Of a DNA stretch of 64,000 nt, positions 22,301 through 37,300 are shown piece by piece. Made by a program: the position numbers and the translations under genes. Origin of the DNA: Nemertoderma westbladi (taxonomy: Eukaryota > Animalia > Xenacoelomorpha); the NCBI GenBank assembly GCA_032718475.1, contig JAUCBJ010000306.1, forward strand, positions 59,994 through 123,993. Direction: 5' to 3'. Under the pieces are notes generated by a model. It saw nothing but the letters and a program-made list of their open reading frames with translations. It did no database searches and was not told the origin of the DNA. How positions within the stretch are numbered: position 1 is the stretch's first letter; each line of letters starts with the position of its first letter.

Positions 22301-25300
22301 AATATTATTTAAGTTATGAGGTGGGTCAGCTGTTTAATATTATTTAACTTATGAGGTGGTTCAGCAGTTTAATATTATTTAACTTATGAGGTGGGTCAGC
22401 TGTTTAATATTCTATAACTTACGAGGTGGTTCAGCTGTTTAATATTATTTAACTTATGAGGTGGTTCAGCAGTTTAATATTATTTAACTTATGAGGTGGT
22501 TCAGCAGTTTAATATTATTTAACTTATGAGGTGGGTCAGTTGTTTAATATTCTATAACTTACGAGGTGGTTCAGCTGTTTAATATTATTTAACTTATGAG
22601 GTGGTTCAGCTGTTTAATATTATTTAACTTATGAGGTGGTTCAGCAGTTTAATATTATTTAACTTATGAGGTTGTTCAGCTGTTTAATATTATTTAACTT
22701 ATGAGGTGGTTCAGCTGTTTAATATTATTTAACTTACGAGGTGGTTCAGCAGTTTAATATTATTTAACTTATGAGGTGATTCAGCTGTTTAATATTATTT
22801 AACTTATGAGGTGGGTCAGTTTAATATTATTTAACTTACGAGGTGATTCAGCTGTTTAATATTATTTAACTTACGAGGTGATTCAGCTGTTTAATATTAT
22901 TTAACTTACGAGGTGGTTCAGCAGTTTAATATTATTTAACTTATGAGGTGGTTCAGCTGTTTAATATTATTTAACTTACGAGGTGATTCAGCTGTTTAAT
23001 ATTGTATAACTTATGAGGTGGTTCAGCAGTTTAATATTATTTAACTTATGAGGTTGGTCAGCTGTTTAATATTCTATAACTTGAGGTGGTTCAGCTGTTG
23101 AATATTATTTAACTTACGAGGTGATTCAGCTGTTTAATATTGTATAACTTATGAGGTGGTTCAGCAGTTTAATATTATTTAACTTATGAGGTGGGTCAGC
23201 TGTTTAATATTCTATAACTTATGAGGTGGTTCAGCTGTTGAATATTATTTAACTTACGAGGTGATTCAGCTGTTTAATATTGTATAACTTATTTTATGAG
23301 GTGGTTCAGCTGTTTAATATTATTTAACTTACGAGGTGGTTCAGCAGTTTAATATTATTTAACTTATGAGGTGGGTCAGCTGTTTAATATTCTATAACTT
23401 ATGAGGTGGTTCAGCTGTTGAATATTATTTAACTTACGAGGTGATTAAGCTGTTTAATATTGTATAACTTATGAGGTGGTTCAGCTGTTTAATATTATTT
23501 AAGTTATGAGGTGGGTCAGCTGTTTAATATTATTTAACTTATGAGGTGGTTCAGCAGTTTAATATTATTTAACTTATGAGGTGGGTCAGCTGTTTAATAT
23601 TCTATAACTTACGAGGTGGTTCAGCTGTTTAATATTATTTAACTTATGAGGTGGTTCAGCAGTTTAATATTATTTAACTTATGAGGTGGTTCAGCAGTTT
23701 AATATTATTTAACTTATGAGGTGGGTCAGTTGTTTAATATTCTATAACTTACGAGGTGGTTCAGCTGTTTAATATTATTTAACTTATGAGGTGGTTCAGC
23801 TGTTTAATATTATTTAACTTATGAGGTGGTTCAGCAGTTTAATATTATTTAACTTATGAGGTTGTTCAGCTGTTTAATATTATTTAACTTATGAGGTGGT
23901 TCAGCTGTTTAATATTATTTAACTTACGAGGTGGTTCAGCAGTTTAATATTATTTAACTTATGAGGTGATTCAGCTGTTTAATATTATTTAACTTATGAG
24001 GTGGGTCATTTTAATATTATTTAACTTACGAGGTGATTCAGCTGTTTAATATTATTTAACTTACGAGGTGATTCAGCTGTTTAATATTATTTAACTTATG
24101 AGGTGGTTCAGCAGTTTAATATTATTTAACTTATGAGGTGGGTCAGCTGTTTAATATTCTATAACTTACGAGGTGGTTCAGCTGTTGAATATTATTTAAC
24201 TCACGAGGTGATTCAGCTGTTTAATATTGTATAACTTATGAGGTGGTTCAGCTGTTTAATATTGTATAACTTATGAGGTGGTTCAGCTGTTTAATATTAT
24301 GTAACTTATGAGGTGGTTCAGCTGTAACTTACAAGGTTGTTCAGCTGTTTAATATTATTTAACTTATGAGGTGGTTCAGCTGTTTAATATTATTTAACTT
24401 ACGAGGTGATTCAGCTGTTTAATATTGTATAACTTATGAGGTGGTTCAGCTGTTTAATATTATATAACTTATGAGGTGGTTCAGCTGTTGAATATTATTT
24501 AACTTACGAGGTGGTTCAGCTGTAACTTACAAGGTTGTTCAGCTGTTTAATATTATTTAACTTATGAGGTGGTTCAGCTGTTTAATATTATTTAACTTAC
24601 GAGGTGATTCAGCTGTTTAATATTGTATAACTTATGAGGTGGTTCAGCTGTTTAATATTATATAACTTATGAGGTGGTTCAGCTGTTGAATATTATTTAA
24701 CTTACGAGGTGGTTCAGCTGTAACTTACAAGGTGGTTCAGCAGTTTAATATTATATAACTTACAAGGTTGTTCAGCTGTTTAATATTATATAACTTACAA
24801 GGTGGTTCAGGTGTTGGCTCTTTTGACGACGGGGGCGGAGGCTTTTCCTTCTTTTTTTTCTTTTTCTTCTTCTTTATTACCTGAGTTAAATAAATTATTT
24901 TTTTAAGATTTTAAAGGTAAAATAATAATTAATTATTATAAATATAATCCCCCCCCCCCCCAAAAAAAAAAAACGCCATACTGCACAGTATATTGGTTGA
25001 TTGACCGGGGGGCTGCATGCCGGTTAGATCCTGCAGCTCTCTGCCTAGTCTAGTCTCTGCCAACGAATCAGCGTGTTTCGCACTGCATGCTGCTACCCCG
25101 GTTGCCGGTAGGTGGTTTTGGAGAATCAGCCTGCGGCTGCTGCCTTGTCTGGCCGGCATCGCCCGCATGGAGGCGGGTGACTGGTCGATAGTGTGGGGAG
25201 CCGGTCCTACAGTATAGACCCTTTGTGTAGTCGGTTCTTCTACATTGGTGATCTTCATCGGTACCTATTTATAAAAAATTAAATCTCTTACCGCTAGACC

Positions 25301-28300
25301 TTCTTTACAAACACCAAATTGGTATTCTAATACCCAATTTCAACGGTTGTCACCACTGTCTACTTGACTATAATGTTTGATGTTCATAATAATATGATTC
25401 CACCTGAATCAGTTGTAGGAAGTATGTTCGAAAAAGTTTCATCGTGCCACACTTATCCTACTAGGGCGTCGGCTCACAGAAACTTCGCTATCCCTATCGA
25501 CTGACATCAACCCAATCAACTGCGAGTTTTCGGGGTCCGGTTTTTTGGAATGACATTCCTGTCGACATTAAACAAAAAAAAGAAAAAAAAAAGCCGGCCT
25601 TCTTGACTCACCTTAAAAAATTGCAATCGTTATAGCTATTAATATCTCAATCTGGTTCTTTTCGAACGGCAAAACCGAAACCTCCATTGAAAAATAACTT
25701 ATAAATAAATCTTAACGTTACATGGCTGTTTTTGTTCGGGTCAGATTCATACATTACCTAATTGTGTATATCGTATAGGTATGCAGTCTGAAATTTAACC
25801 GGAGGAAGAGAGAGGGTGCGTGAAGGTGTAAATAGTAGGCTTACCATGTTAGGATCACTACTACATACCGGTACCGGTACTACTACATACCGGTACCGGT
25901 ACTACTACATACCGGTACCGGTACTACTACATACCGGTACCGGTACTACTACATACCGGTACCAGTACTACTACATACCGGTACCGGTACTACTACATAC
26001 CGGTACCGGTACTACTACATACCGGTACCGGTACTACTACATACCGGTACATTCCCATGTTAGGATCACTACTACATACCGGTACCGGTACTACTACATA
26101 CCGGTACCGGTACTACTACATACCGGTACCGGTACTACTACATACCGGTACCGGTACTACTACATACCGGTACCGGTACTACTACATACCGGTACCGGTA
26201 CTACTACATACCGGTACCAGTACTACTACATACCGGTACCGGTACTACTACATACCGGTACCGGTACTACTACATACCGGTACCGGTACTACTACATACC
26301 GGTACCGGTACTACTACATACCGGTACATTCCCATGTTAGGATCACTACTACATACCGGTACCGGTACTACTACATACCGGTACCGGTACTACTACATAC
26401 CGGTACCGGTACTACTACATACCGGTACCGGTACTACTACATACCGGTACCGGTACTACTACATACCGGTACCGGTACTACTACATACCGGTACCGGTAC
26501 CGGTACTACTACATACCGGTACCGGTACTACTACATACCGGTACATTCCCATGTTAGGATCACTACTACATACCGGTACCGGTACTACTACATACCGGTA
26601 CTGGTACTACTACATACCGGTACCGGTACTACTACATACCGGTACCGGTACTACTACATACCGGTACCGGTACTACTACATACCGGTACCGGTACTACTA
26701 CATACCGGTACTACTACATACCGGTACCGGTACTACTACATACCGGTACATTCCCATGTTAGGATCACTACTACATACCGGTACCGGTACTACTACATAC
26801 CGGTACCGGTACTACTACATACCGGTACTACTACATACCGGTACCGGTACTACTACATACCGGTACCGGACTACTACATACCGGTACCGGTACTACTACA
26901 TACCGGTACTACTACATACCGGTACCGGTACTACTACATACCGGTACATTCCCATGTTAGGATCACTACTACATACCGGTACCGGTACTACTACATACCG
27001 GTACTACTACATACCGGTACCGGTACTACTACATACCGGTACATTCCCATGTTAGGATCACTACTACATACCGGTACCGGTACTACTACATAGCGGTACC
27101 GGTACTACTACATACCGGTACTACTACATACCGGTACCGGTACTACTACATACCGGTACCGGTACTACTACATACCGGTACCGGACTACTACATACCGGT
27201 ACCGGTACTACTACATACCGGTACCGGTACTACTACATACCGGTACTACTACATACCGGTACCGGTACTACTACATACCGGTACATTCCCATGTTAGGAT
27301 CACTACTACATACCGGTACCGGTACTACTACATACCGGTACATTCCCATGTTAGGATCACTACTACATACCGGTACCGGTACTACTACATACCGGTACCG
27401 GTACTACTACATACCGGTACTACTACATACCGGTACCGGTACTACTACATACCGGTACATTCCCATGTTAGGATCACTACTACATACCGGTACCGGTACT
27501 ACTACATACCGGTACCGCTACTACTACATACCGGTACTACTACATACCGGTACCGGTACTACTACATACCGGTACCGGTACTACTACATACCGGTACCGG
27601 TACTACTACATACCGGTACCGGACTACTACATACCGGTACCGGTACTACTACATACCGGTACTACTACATACCGGTACCGGTACTACTACATACCGGTAC
27701 ATTCCCATGTGAGGATCACTACTACATACCGGTACCGGTACTACTACATACCGGTACATTCCCATGTTAGGATCACTACTACATACCGGTACCGGTACTA
27801 CTACATACCGGTACATTCCCATGTTAGGATCACTACTACATACCGGTACCTGTACTACTACATACCGGTACCGGTACTACTACATACCGGTACATTCCCG
27901 AATAGCTGTTGTTGGACCTATTTTTAAATATTCTGTTGTTCTCGTTTGAATTATTTTATTGATTGATAATTTTGCCACTGAAGACGCGCGGAAAGCGCGA
28001 AATGCCTGGACTAATTCATATATTTTATATTTTTATTACGCGGTAAAGACCCTTTGTCATACAACAACAATTAACTGAATAACATGTACACGTCGCTCTT
28101 TTCATCTACTTAACTATATGAACAGGAGTGGGTGGCCGTGGCACCGACACTGGGTTTGTGTGAATCAGGGATATTACACGCTTGCGGTATAATTCAATGC
28201 TGTCATCGCTTGGCGGGTCTGCTCTGCATTGGTGTTTAGACCCACATGAGGCGGAAATCGGCAGATGTAAACCCTACACTGGAAATTGTGGTGCTGTAGA

Positions 28301-31300
28301 CTCGGAAGAGGGGAGGGGCACTCTGAAGGTGGGATGCAGAATTGCAGAATCTCTCTTTCTCGAGGGCAATCCAGCCCTTATAAATATATACCGGGAACTA
28401 ACCGGTGGAGGTTCGTGTACTTTCATATGATCTGTTAACTCCTCAGCAGTATAAAAGATTTCGTCGCATTTATTACACCTGTGTTGGGGTCCGTGTACCG
28501 AATTCCAATGAGTGTCTAATTCATCTTTGGTAGCGAATCTCTGGTCGCATTTATCGCAGGGGAATGGAACTAAAAATTTAAACAATTAATAATTTTATTT
28601 AAAAGTTTTAACTCATCTTGTAGTAACAAGAAGTGATATTTTGTAACGTTTCGATAAATCAACTATAATTTATACAGGTAGCCGTACTACAATACCATTA
28701 TTAATACCAGTACTATAATACCATAATCTGCACCAGTACTACAAGTACTGGTATAAAGTATAGTATTATATATATTGTATATTGTATTATACTTACTGTA
28801 ATAGCAAACTTTATACTTACTGTAATAGCAAACTTTATATTTACTGTAATAGTAAACTTTATACTTACTGTAATAGCAAACTTTATACTTACTGTAATAG
28901 CAAACTTTATACTTACTGTAATAGCAAACTTTATACTTACTGTAATAGCAAACTTTATACTTACTATAATAGCAAACTTTATACTTACTGTAATAGCAAA
29001 CTTTAGACTTACTGTAATAGCAAACTTTATACTTACTGTAATAGCAAACTTTATACTTACTGTAATAGCAAACTTTATACTTACTGTAATAGCAAACCTT
29101 ATACTTACTGTAATAGCAAACTTTATACTTACTATAATAGCAAACCTTATACTTACTGTAATAGCAAACTTTATACTTACCTTAATAGCAAACTTTATAC
29201 TTACTGCAATAGCAAACTTTATACTTACTGTAATAGCAAACTTTATACTTACAGTAATAGCAAACCTTATACTTACTGTAATAGCAAACTTTATACTTAC
29301 TGCAATAGCAAACTTTATACTTACTGTAATAGCAAACTTTATACTTACTGTATTAGCAAATTTTATACTTACTGTAATAGCAAACTTTATACTTACTGTA
29401 ATAGCAAACTTTATACTTACTGTAATAGCAAACTTTATACTTACTGCAATAGCAAACCTTATACTTACTGCAATAGCAAACTTTATACTTACTGTAATAG
29501 CAAACTTTACACTTACTGTAATAGCAAACTTTATACTTACAGTAATAGCAAATTTTATACTTACTGTAATAGCAAACTTTATACTTACTGTAATAGCAAA
29601 CTTTATACTTACTGTAATAGCAAACTTTATACTTACTGTAATAGCAAACTTTATACTTACTGTATTAGCAAATTTTATACTTACTGTAATAGCAAACTTT
29701 ATACTTACTGTAATAGCAAACTTTATACTTACTGTAATGGCAAACTTTATACTTACTGTAATAGCAAATTTTATACTTACTGTAATAGCAAACTTTATAC
29801 TTACTGTAATAGTAAACTTTATACTTACTGTAATAGTAAACTTTATACTTACTGTAATAGCAAACTTTATACTTACTGTAATAGCAAACTTTATACTTAC
29901 TGTAATAGCAAACTTTATACTTACTGTAATAGCAAACTTTATACTTACTGTAATAGCAAACTTTATACTTACTGTATTAGCAAATTTTATACTTACTGTA
30001 ATAGCAAACTTTATACTTACTGTAATAGCAAACTTTATACTTACTGTAATGGCAAACTTTATACTTACTGTAATAGCAAATTTTATACTTACTGTAATAG
30101 CAAACTTTATACTTACTGTAATAGTAAACTTTATACTTACTGTAATAGTAAACTTTATACTTACTGTAATAGCAAACTTTATACTTACTGTAATAGCAAA
30201 CTTTATACTTACTGTAATAGCAAACTTTATACTTACTGTAATAGCAAACTTTATACTTACTGTAATAGCAAACTTTATACTTACTGTAATAGCAAACTTT
30301 ATACTTACAGTAATAGCAAACCTTATACTTACTGTAATAGCAAACTTTATACTTACTGCAATAGCAAACTTTATACTTACTGTAATAGCAAACTTTATAC
30401 TTACTGTAATAGCAAACTTTATACTTACTGTAATAGCAAACTTTATACTTACTGCAATAGCAAACCTTATACTTACTGCAATAGCAAACTTTATACTTAC
30501 TGTAATAGCAAACTTTACACTTACTGTAATAGCAAACTTTATACTTACAGTAATAGCAAATTTTATACTTACTGTAATAGCAAACTTTATACTTACTGTA
30601 ATAGCAAACTTTATACTTACTGTAATAGCAAACTTTATACTTACTGTAATAGCAAACTTTATACTTACTGTAATAGCAAACTTTATACTTACAGTAATAG
30701 CAAACCTTATACTTACTGTAATAGCAAACTTTATACTTACTGCAATAGCAAACTTTATACTTACTGTAATAGCAAACTTTATACTTACTGTAATAGCAAA
30801 CTTTATACTTACTGTAATAGCAAACTTTATACTTACTGCAATAGCAAACCTTATACTTACTGCAATAGCAAACTTTATACTTACTGTAATAGCAAACTTT
30901 ACACTTACTGTAATAGCAAACTTTATACTTACAGTAATAGCAAATTTTATACTTACTGTAATAGCAAACTTTATACTTACTGTAATAGCAAACTTTATAC
31001 TTACTGTAATAGCAAACTTTATACTTACTGTAATAGCAAACTTTATACTTACTGTATTAGCAAATTTTATACTTACTGTAATAGCAAACTTTATACTTAC
31101 TGTAATAGCAAACTTTATACTTACTGTAATGGCAAACTTTATACTTACTGTAATAGCAAATTTTATACTTACTGTAATAGCAAACTTTATACTTACTGTA
31201 ATAGTAAACTTTATACTTACTGTAATAGTAAACTTTATACTTACTGTAATAGCAAACTTTATACTTACTGTAATAGCAAACTTTATACTTACTGTAATAG

Positions 31301-34300
31301 CAAACTTTATACTTACTGTAATAGCAAACTTTATACTTACTGTAATAGCAAACTTTATACTTACTGTATTAGCAAATTTTATACTTACTGTAATAGCAAA
31401 CTTTATACTTACTGTAATAGCAAACTTTATACTTACTGTAATGGCAAACTTTATACTTACTGTAATAGCAAATTTTATACTTACTGTAATAGCAAACTTT
31501 ATACTTACTGTAATAGTAAACTTTATACTTACTGTAATAGTAAACTTTATACTTACTGTAATAGCAAACTTTATACTTACTGTAATAGCAAACTTTATAC
31601 TTACTGTAATAGCAAACTTTATACTTACTGTAATAGCAAACTTTATACTTACTGTAATAGCAAACTTTATACTTACTGTAATAGCAAACTTTATACTTAC
31701 AGTAATAGCAAACCTTATACTTACTGTAATAGCAAACTTTATACTTACTGCAATAGCAAACTTTATACTTACTGTAATAGCAAACTTTATACTTACTGTA
31801 ATAGCAAACTTTATACTTACTGTATTAGCAAATTTTATACTTACTGTAATAGCAAACTTTATACTTACTGTAATAGCAAACTTTATACTTACTATAATAG
31901 CAAACCTTATACTTACTGTAATAGCAAACTTTATACTTACTGTAATAGCAAACTTTAGACTTACTGTAATAGCAAACTTTATACTTACTGTAATAGCAAA
32001 CTTTATACTTACTGTAATAGCAAACTTTATACTTACAGTAATAGCAAACTTTATACTTACTGTAATAGCAAACTTTATACTTACAGTAATAGCAAACTTT
32101 ATACTTACAGTAATAGCAAACTTTAGACTTACTGTAATAGCAAACTTTATACTTACAGTAATAGCAAACTTTATACTTACTATAATAGCAAATTTTATAC
32201 TTACTGTAATAGCAAACTTTATACTTACTGTAATAGCAAACTTTATACTTACTGTAATAGCAAACTTTAGACTTACTGTAATAGCAAACTTTATACTTAC
32301 TGTAATAGAAAACTTTATACTTACTGTAATAGCAAACTTTATACTTACAGTAATAGCAAACTTTATACTTACTGTAATAGCAAACTTTATACTTACAGTA
32401 ATAGCAAACTTTATACTTACAGTAATAGCAAACTTTAGACTTACTGTAATAGCAAACTTTATACTTACAGTAATAGCAAACTTTATACTTACTGTAATAG
32501 CAAATTTTATACTTACTGTAATAGCAAACTTTATACTTACTGTAATAGTAAACTTTATACTTACTGTAATAGTAAACTTTATACTTACTGTAATAGCAAA
32601 CTTTATACTTACTGTAATAGCAAACTTTATACTTACTGTAATAGCAAACCTTATACTTACTGTAATAGCAAACTTTATACTTACTGTAATAGCAAACTTT
32701 ATACTTACTGTAATAGCAAACTTTATACTTACTGTAATAGCAAACTTTATACTTACTGTAATAGCAAACTTTATACTTACTGTAATAGCAAACTTTATAC
32801 TTACTGTAATAGCAAACTTTATACTTACTGTATTAGCAAATTTTATACTTACTGTAATAGCAAACTTTATACTTACTGTAATAGCAAACTTTATACTTAC
32901 TGTATTAGCAAATTTTATACTTACTGTAATAGCAAACTTTATACTTACTGTAATAGCAAACTTTATACTTACTGTAATAGCAAACTTTATACTTACTGTA
33001 ATAGCAAATTTTATACTTACTGTAATAGCAAACTTTATACTTACTGTAATAGTAAACTTTATACTTACTGTAATAGTAAACTTTATACTTACTGTAATAG
33101 CAAACTTTATACTTACTGTAATAGCAAACTTTATACTTACTGTAATAGCAAACCATATACTTACTGTAATAGCAAACTTTATACTTACTGTAATAGCAAA
33201 CTTTATACTTACTGTAATAGCAAACTTTATACTTACTGTAATAGCAAACTTTATACTTACTGTAATAGCAAACTTTATACTTACTGTAATAGCAAACTTT
33301 ATACTTACAGTAATAGCAAACTTTATACTTACTGTAATAGCAAACTTTATACTTACTGTAATAGCAAACTTTATACTTACTGTAATAGCAAACTTTATAC
33401 TTACTGTAATAGTAAACTTTATACTTACTGTAATAGTAAACTTTATACTTACTGTAATAGCAAACTTTATACTTACTGTAATAGCAAACTTTATACTTAC
33501 TGTAATAGCAAACTTTAGACTTACTGTAATAGCAAACTTTATACTTACTGTAATAGCAAACTTTATACTTACTGTAATAGCAAACTTTATACTTACAGTA
33601 ATAGCAAACTTTATACTTACTGTAATAGCAAACTTTATACTTACAGTAATAGCAAACTTTATACTTACAGTAATAGCAAACTTTAGACTTACTGTAATAG
33701 CAAACTTTATACTTACAGTAATAGCAAACTTTATACTTACTGTAATAGCAAATTTTATACTTACTGTAATAGCAAACTTTATACTTACTGTAATAGCAAA
33801 TTTTATACTTACTGTAATAGCAAACTTTATACTTACTGTAATAGCAAACTTTATACTTACAGTAATAGCAAACTTTATACTTACAGTAATAGCAAACTTT
33901 ATACTTACTGTAATAGCAAACTTTATACTTACAGTAATAGCAAACTTTATACTTACTGTAATAGCAAACTTTATACTTACTGTAATAGTAAACTTTATAC
34001 TTACTGTAATAGTAAACTTTATACTTACTGTAATAGCAAACTTTATACTTACTGTAATAGCAAACTTTATACTTACTGTAATAGCAAACTTTAGACTTAC
34101 TGTAATAGCAAACTTTATACTTACTGTAATAGCAAACTTTATACTTACTGTAATAGCAAACTTTATACTTACAGTAATAGCAAACTTTATACTTACTGTA
34201 ATAGCAAACTTTATACTTACAGTAATAGCAAACTTTATACTTACAGTAATAGCAAACTTTAGACTTACTGTAATAGCAAACTTTATACTTACAGTAATAG

Positions 34301-37300
34301 CAAACTTTATACTTACTATAATAGCAAATTTTATACTTACTGTAATAGCAAACTTTATACTTACAGTAATAGCAAACTTTATACTTACAGTAATAGCAAA
34401 CTTTAGACTTACTGTAATAGCAAACTTTATACTTACTGTAATAGCAAACTTTATACTTACAGTAATAGCAAACCTTATACTTACTGTAATAGCAAACTTT
34501 ATACTTACTGCAATAGCAAACTTTATACTTACTGTAATAGCAAACTTTATACTTACTGTATTAGCAAATTTTATACTTACTGTAATAGCAAACTTTATAC
34601 TTACTGTATTAGCAAATTTTATACTTACTGTAATAGCAAACTTTATACTTACTATAATAGCAAACCTTATACTTACTGTAATAGCAAACTTTATACTTAC
34701 TGTAATAGCAAACTTTAGACTTACTGTAATAGCAAACTTTATACTTACTGTAATAGCAAACTTTATACTTACTGTAATAGCAAACTTTATACTTACAGTA
34801 ATAGCAAACTTTATACTTACTGTAATAGCAAACTTTATACTTACAGTAATAGCAAACTTTATACTTACAGTAATAGCAAACTTTAGACTTACTGTAATAG
34901 CAAACTTTATACTTACAGTAATAGCAAACTTTATACTTACTATAATAGCAAATTTTATACTTACTGTAATAGCAAACTTTATACTTACTGTAATAGCAAA
35001 CTTTATACTTACTGTAATAGCAAACTTTAGACTTACTGTAATAGCAAACTTTATACTTACTGTAATAGCAAACTTTATACTTACTGTAATAGCAAACTTT
35101 ATACTTACAGTAATAGCAAACTTTATACTTACTGTAATAGCAAACTTTATACTTACAGTAATAGCAAACTTTATACTTACAGTAATAGTAAACTTTATAC
35201 TTACTGTAATAGTAAACTTTATACTTACTGTAATAGCAAACTTTATACTTACTGTAATAGCAAACTTTATACTTACTGTAATAGCAAACCATATACTTAC
35301 TGTAATAGCAAACTTTATACTTACTGTAATAGCAAACTTTATACTTACTGTAATAGCAAACTTTATACTTACTGTAATAGCAAACTTTATACTTACTGTA
35401 ATAGCAAACTTTATACTTACTGTAATAGCAAACTTTATACTTACAGTAATAGCAAACTTTATACTTACTGTAATAGCAAACTTTATACTTACTGTAATAG
35501 CAAACTTTATACTTACTGTAATAGCAAACTTTATACTTACTGTAATAGTAAACTTTATACTTACTGTAATAGTAAACTTTATACTTACTGTAATAGCAAA
35601 CTTTATACTTACTGTAATAGCAAACTTTATACTTACTGTAATAGCAAACTTTAGACTTACTGTAATAGCAAACTTTATACTTACTGTAATAGCAAACTTT
35701 ATACTTACTGTAATAGCAAACTTTATACTTACAGTAATAGCAAACTTTATACTTACTGTAATAGCAAACTTTATACTTACAGTAATAGCAAACTTTATAC
35801 TTACAGTAACAGCAAACTTTAGACTTACTGTAATAGCAAACTTTATACTTACAGTAATAGCAAACTTTATACTTACTGTAATAGCAAACTTTATACTTAC
35901 TGTAATAGTAAACTTTATACTTACTGTAATAGCAAACTTTATACTTACTGTAATAGCAAACTTTATACTTACTGTAATAGCAAACCTTATACTTACTGTA
36001 ATAGCAAACTTTATACTTACTGTAATAGCAAACTTTATACTTACTGTAATAGCAAACTTTATACTTACTGTAATAGCAAACTTTATACTTACTGTAATAG
36101 CAAACTTTATACTTACTGTAATAGCAAACTTTATACTTACAGTAATAGCAAACTTTATACTTACTGTAATAGCAAACTTTATACTTACTGTAATAGCAAA
36201 CTTTATACTTACTGTAATAGCAAACTTTATACTTACTGTAATAGTAAACTTTATACTTACTGTAATAGTAAACTTTATACTTACTGTAATAGCAAACTTT
36301 ATACTTACTGTAATAGCAAACTTTATACTTACTGTAATAGCAAACTTTAGACTTACTGTAATAGCAAACTTTATACTTACTGTAATAGCAAACTTTATAC
36401 TTACTGTAATAGCAAACTTTATACTTACAGTAATAGCAAACTTTATACTTACTGTAATAGCAAACTTTATACTTACAGTAATAGCAAACTTTATACTTAC
36501 AGTAATAGCAAACTTTAGACTTACTGTAATAGCAAACTTTATACTTACAGTAATAGCAAACTTTATACTTACTATAATAGCAAATTTTATACTTACTGTA
36601 ATAGCAAACTTTATACTTACAGTAATAGCAAACTTTATACTTACAGTAATAGCAAACTTTAGACTTACTGTAATAGCAAACTTTATACTTACAGTAATAG
36701 CAAACTTTATACTTACAGTAATAGCAAACTTTAGACTTACTATAATAGCAAACTTTAGACTTACTGTAATAGCAAACTTTATACTTACTGTAATAGCAAA
36801 CTTTATACTTACAGTAATAGCAAACTTTATACTTACAGTAATAGCAAACTTTAGACTTACTGTAATAGCAAACTTTATACTTACAGTAATAGCAAACTTT
36901 ATACTTACTGTAATAGCAAATTTTATACTTACTGTAATAGCAAACTTTATACTTACTGTAATAGTAAACTTTATACTTACTGTAATAGTAAACTTTATAC
37001 TTACTGTAATAGCAAACTTTATACTTACTGTAATAGCAAACTTTATACTTACTGTAATAGCAAACCTTATACTTACTGTAATAGCAAACTTTATACTTAC
37101 TGTAATAGCAAACTTTATACTTACTGTAATAGCAAACTTTATACTTACTGTAATAGCAAACTTTATACTTACTGTAATAGCAAACTTTATACTTACTGTA
37201 ATAGCAAACTTTATACTTACTGTAATAGCAAACTTTATACTTACTGTATTAGCAAATTTTATACTTACTGTAATAGCAAACTTTATACTTACTGTAATAG

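Noticed and set aside
24929-25264. Possible extra zinc-finger gene exon VPMKITNVEEPTTQR after TAG at 25265
   Set aside because: The acceptor and phase are plausible but no convincing donor was found; left out of the model pending RNA data.
16075-27899. CRISPR-like appearance and repeat ORFs of the 35-40-bp arrays
   Set aside because: Head-to-tail monomers without unique spacers, no cas genes, eukaryotic context; the ORFs are repeat translations.
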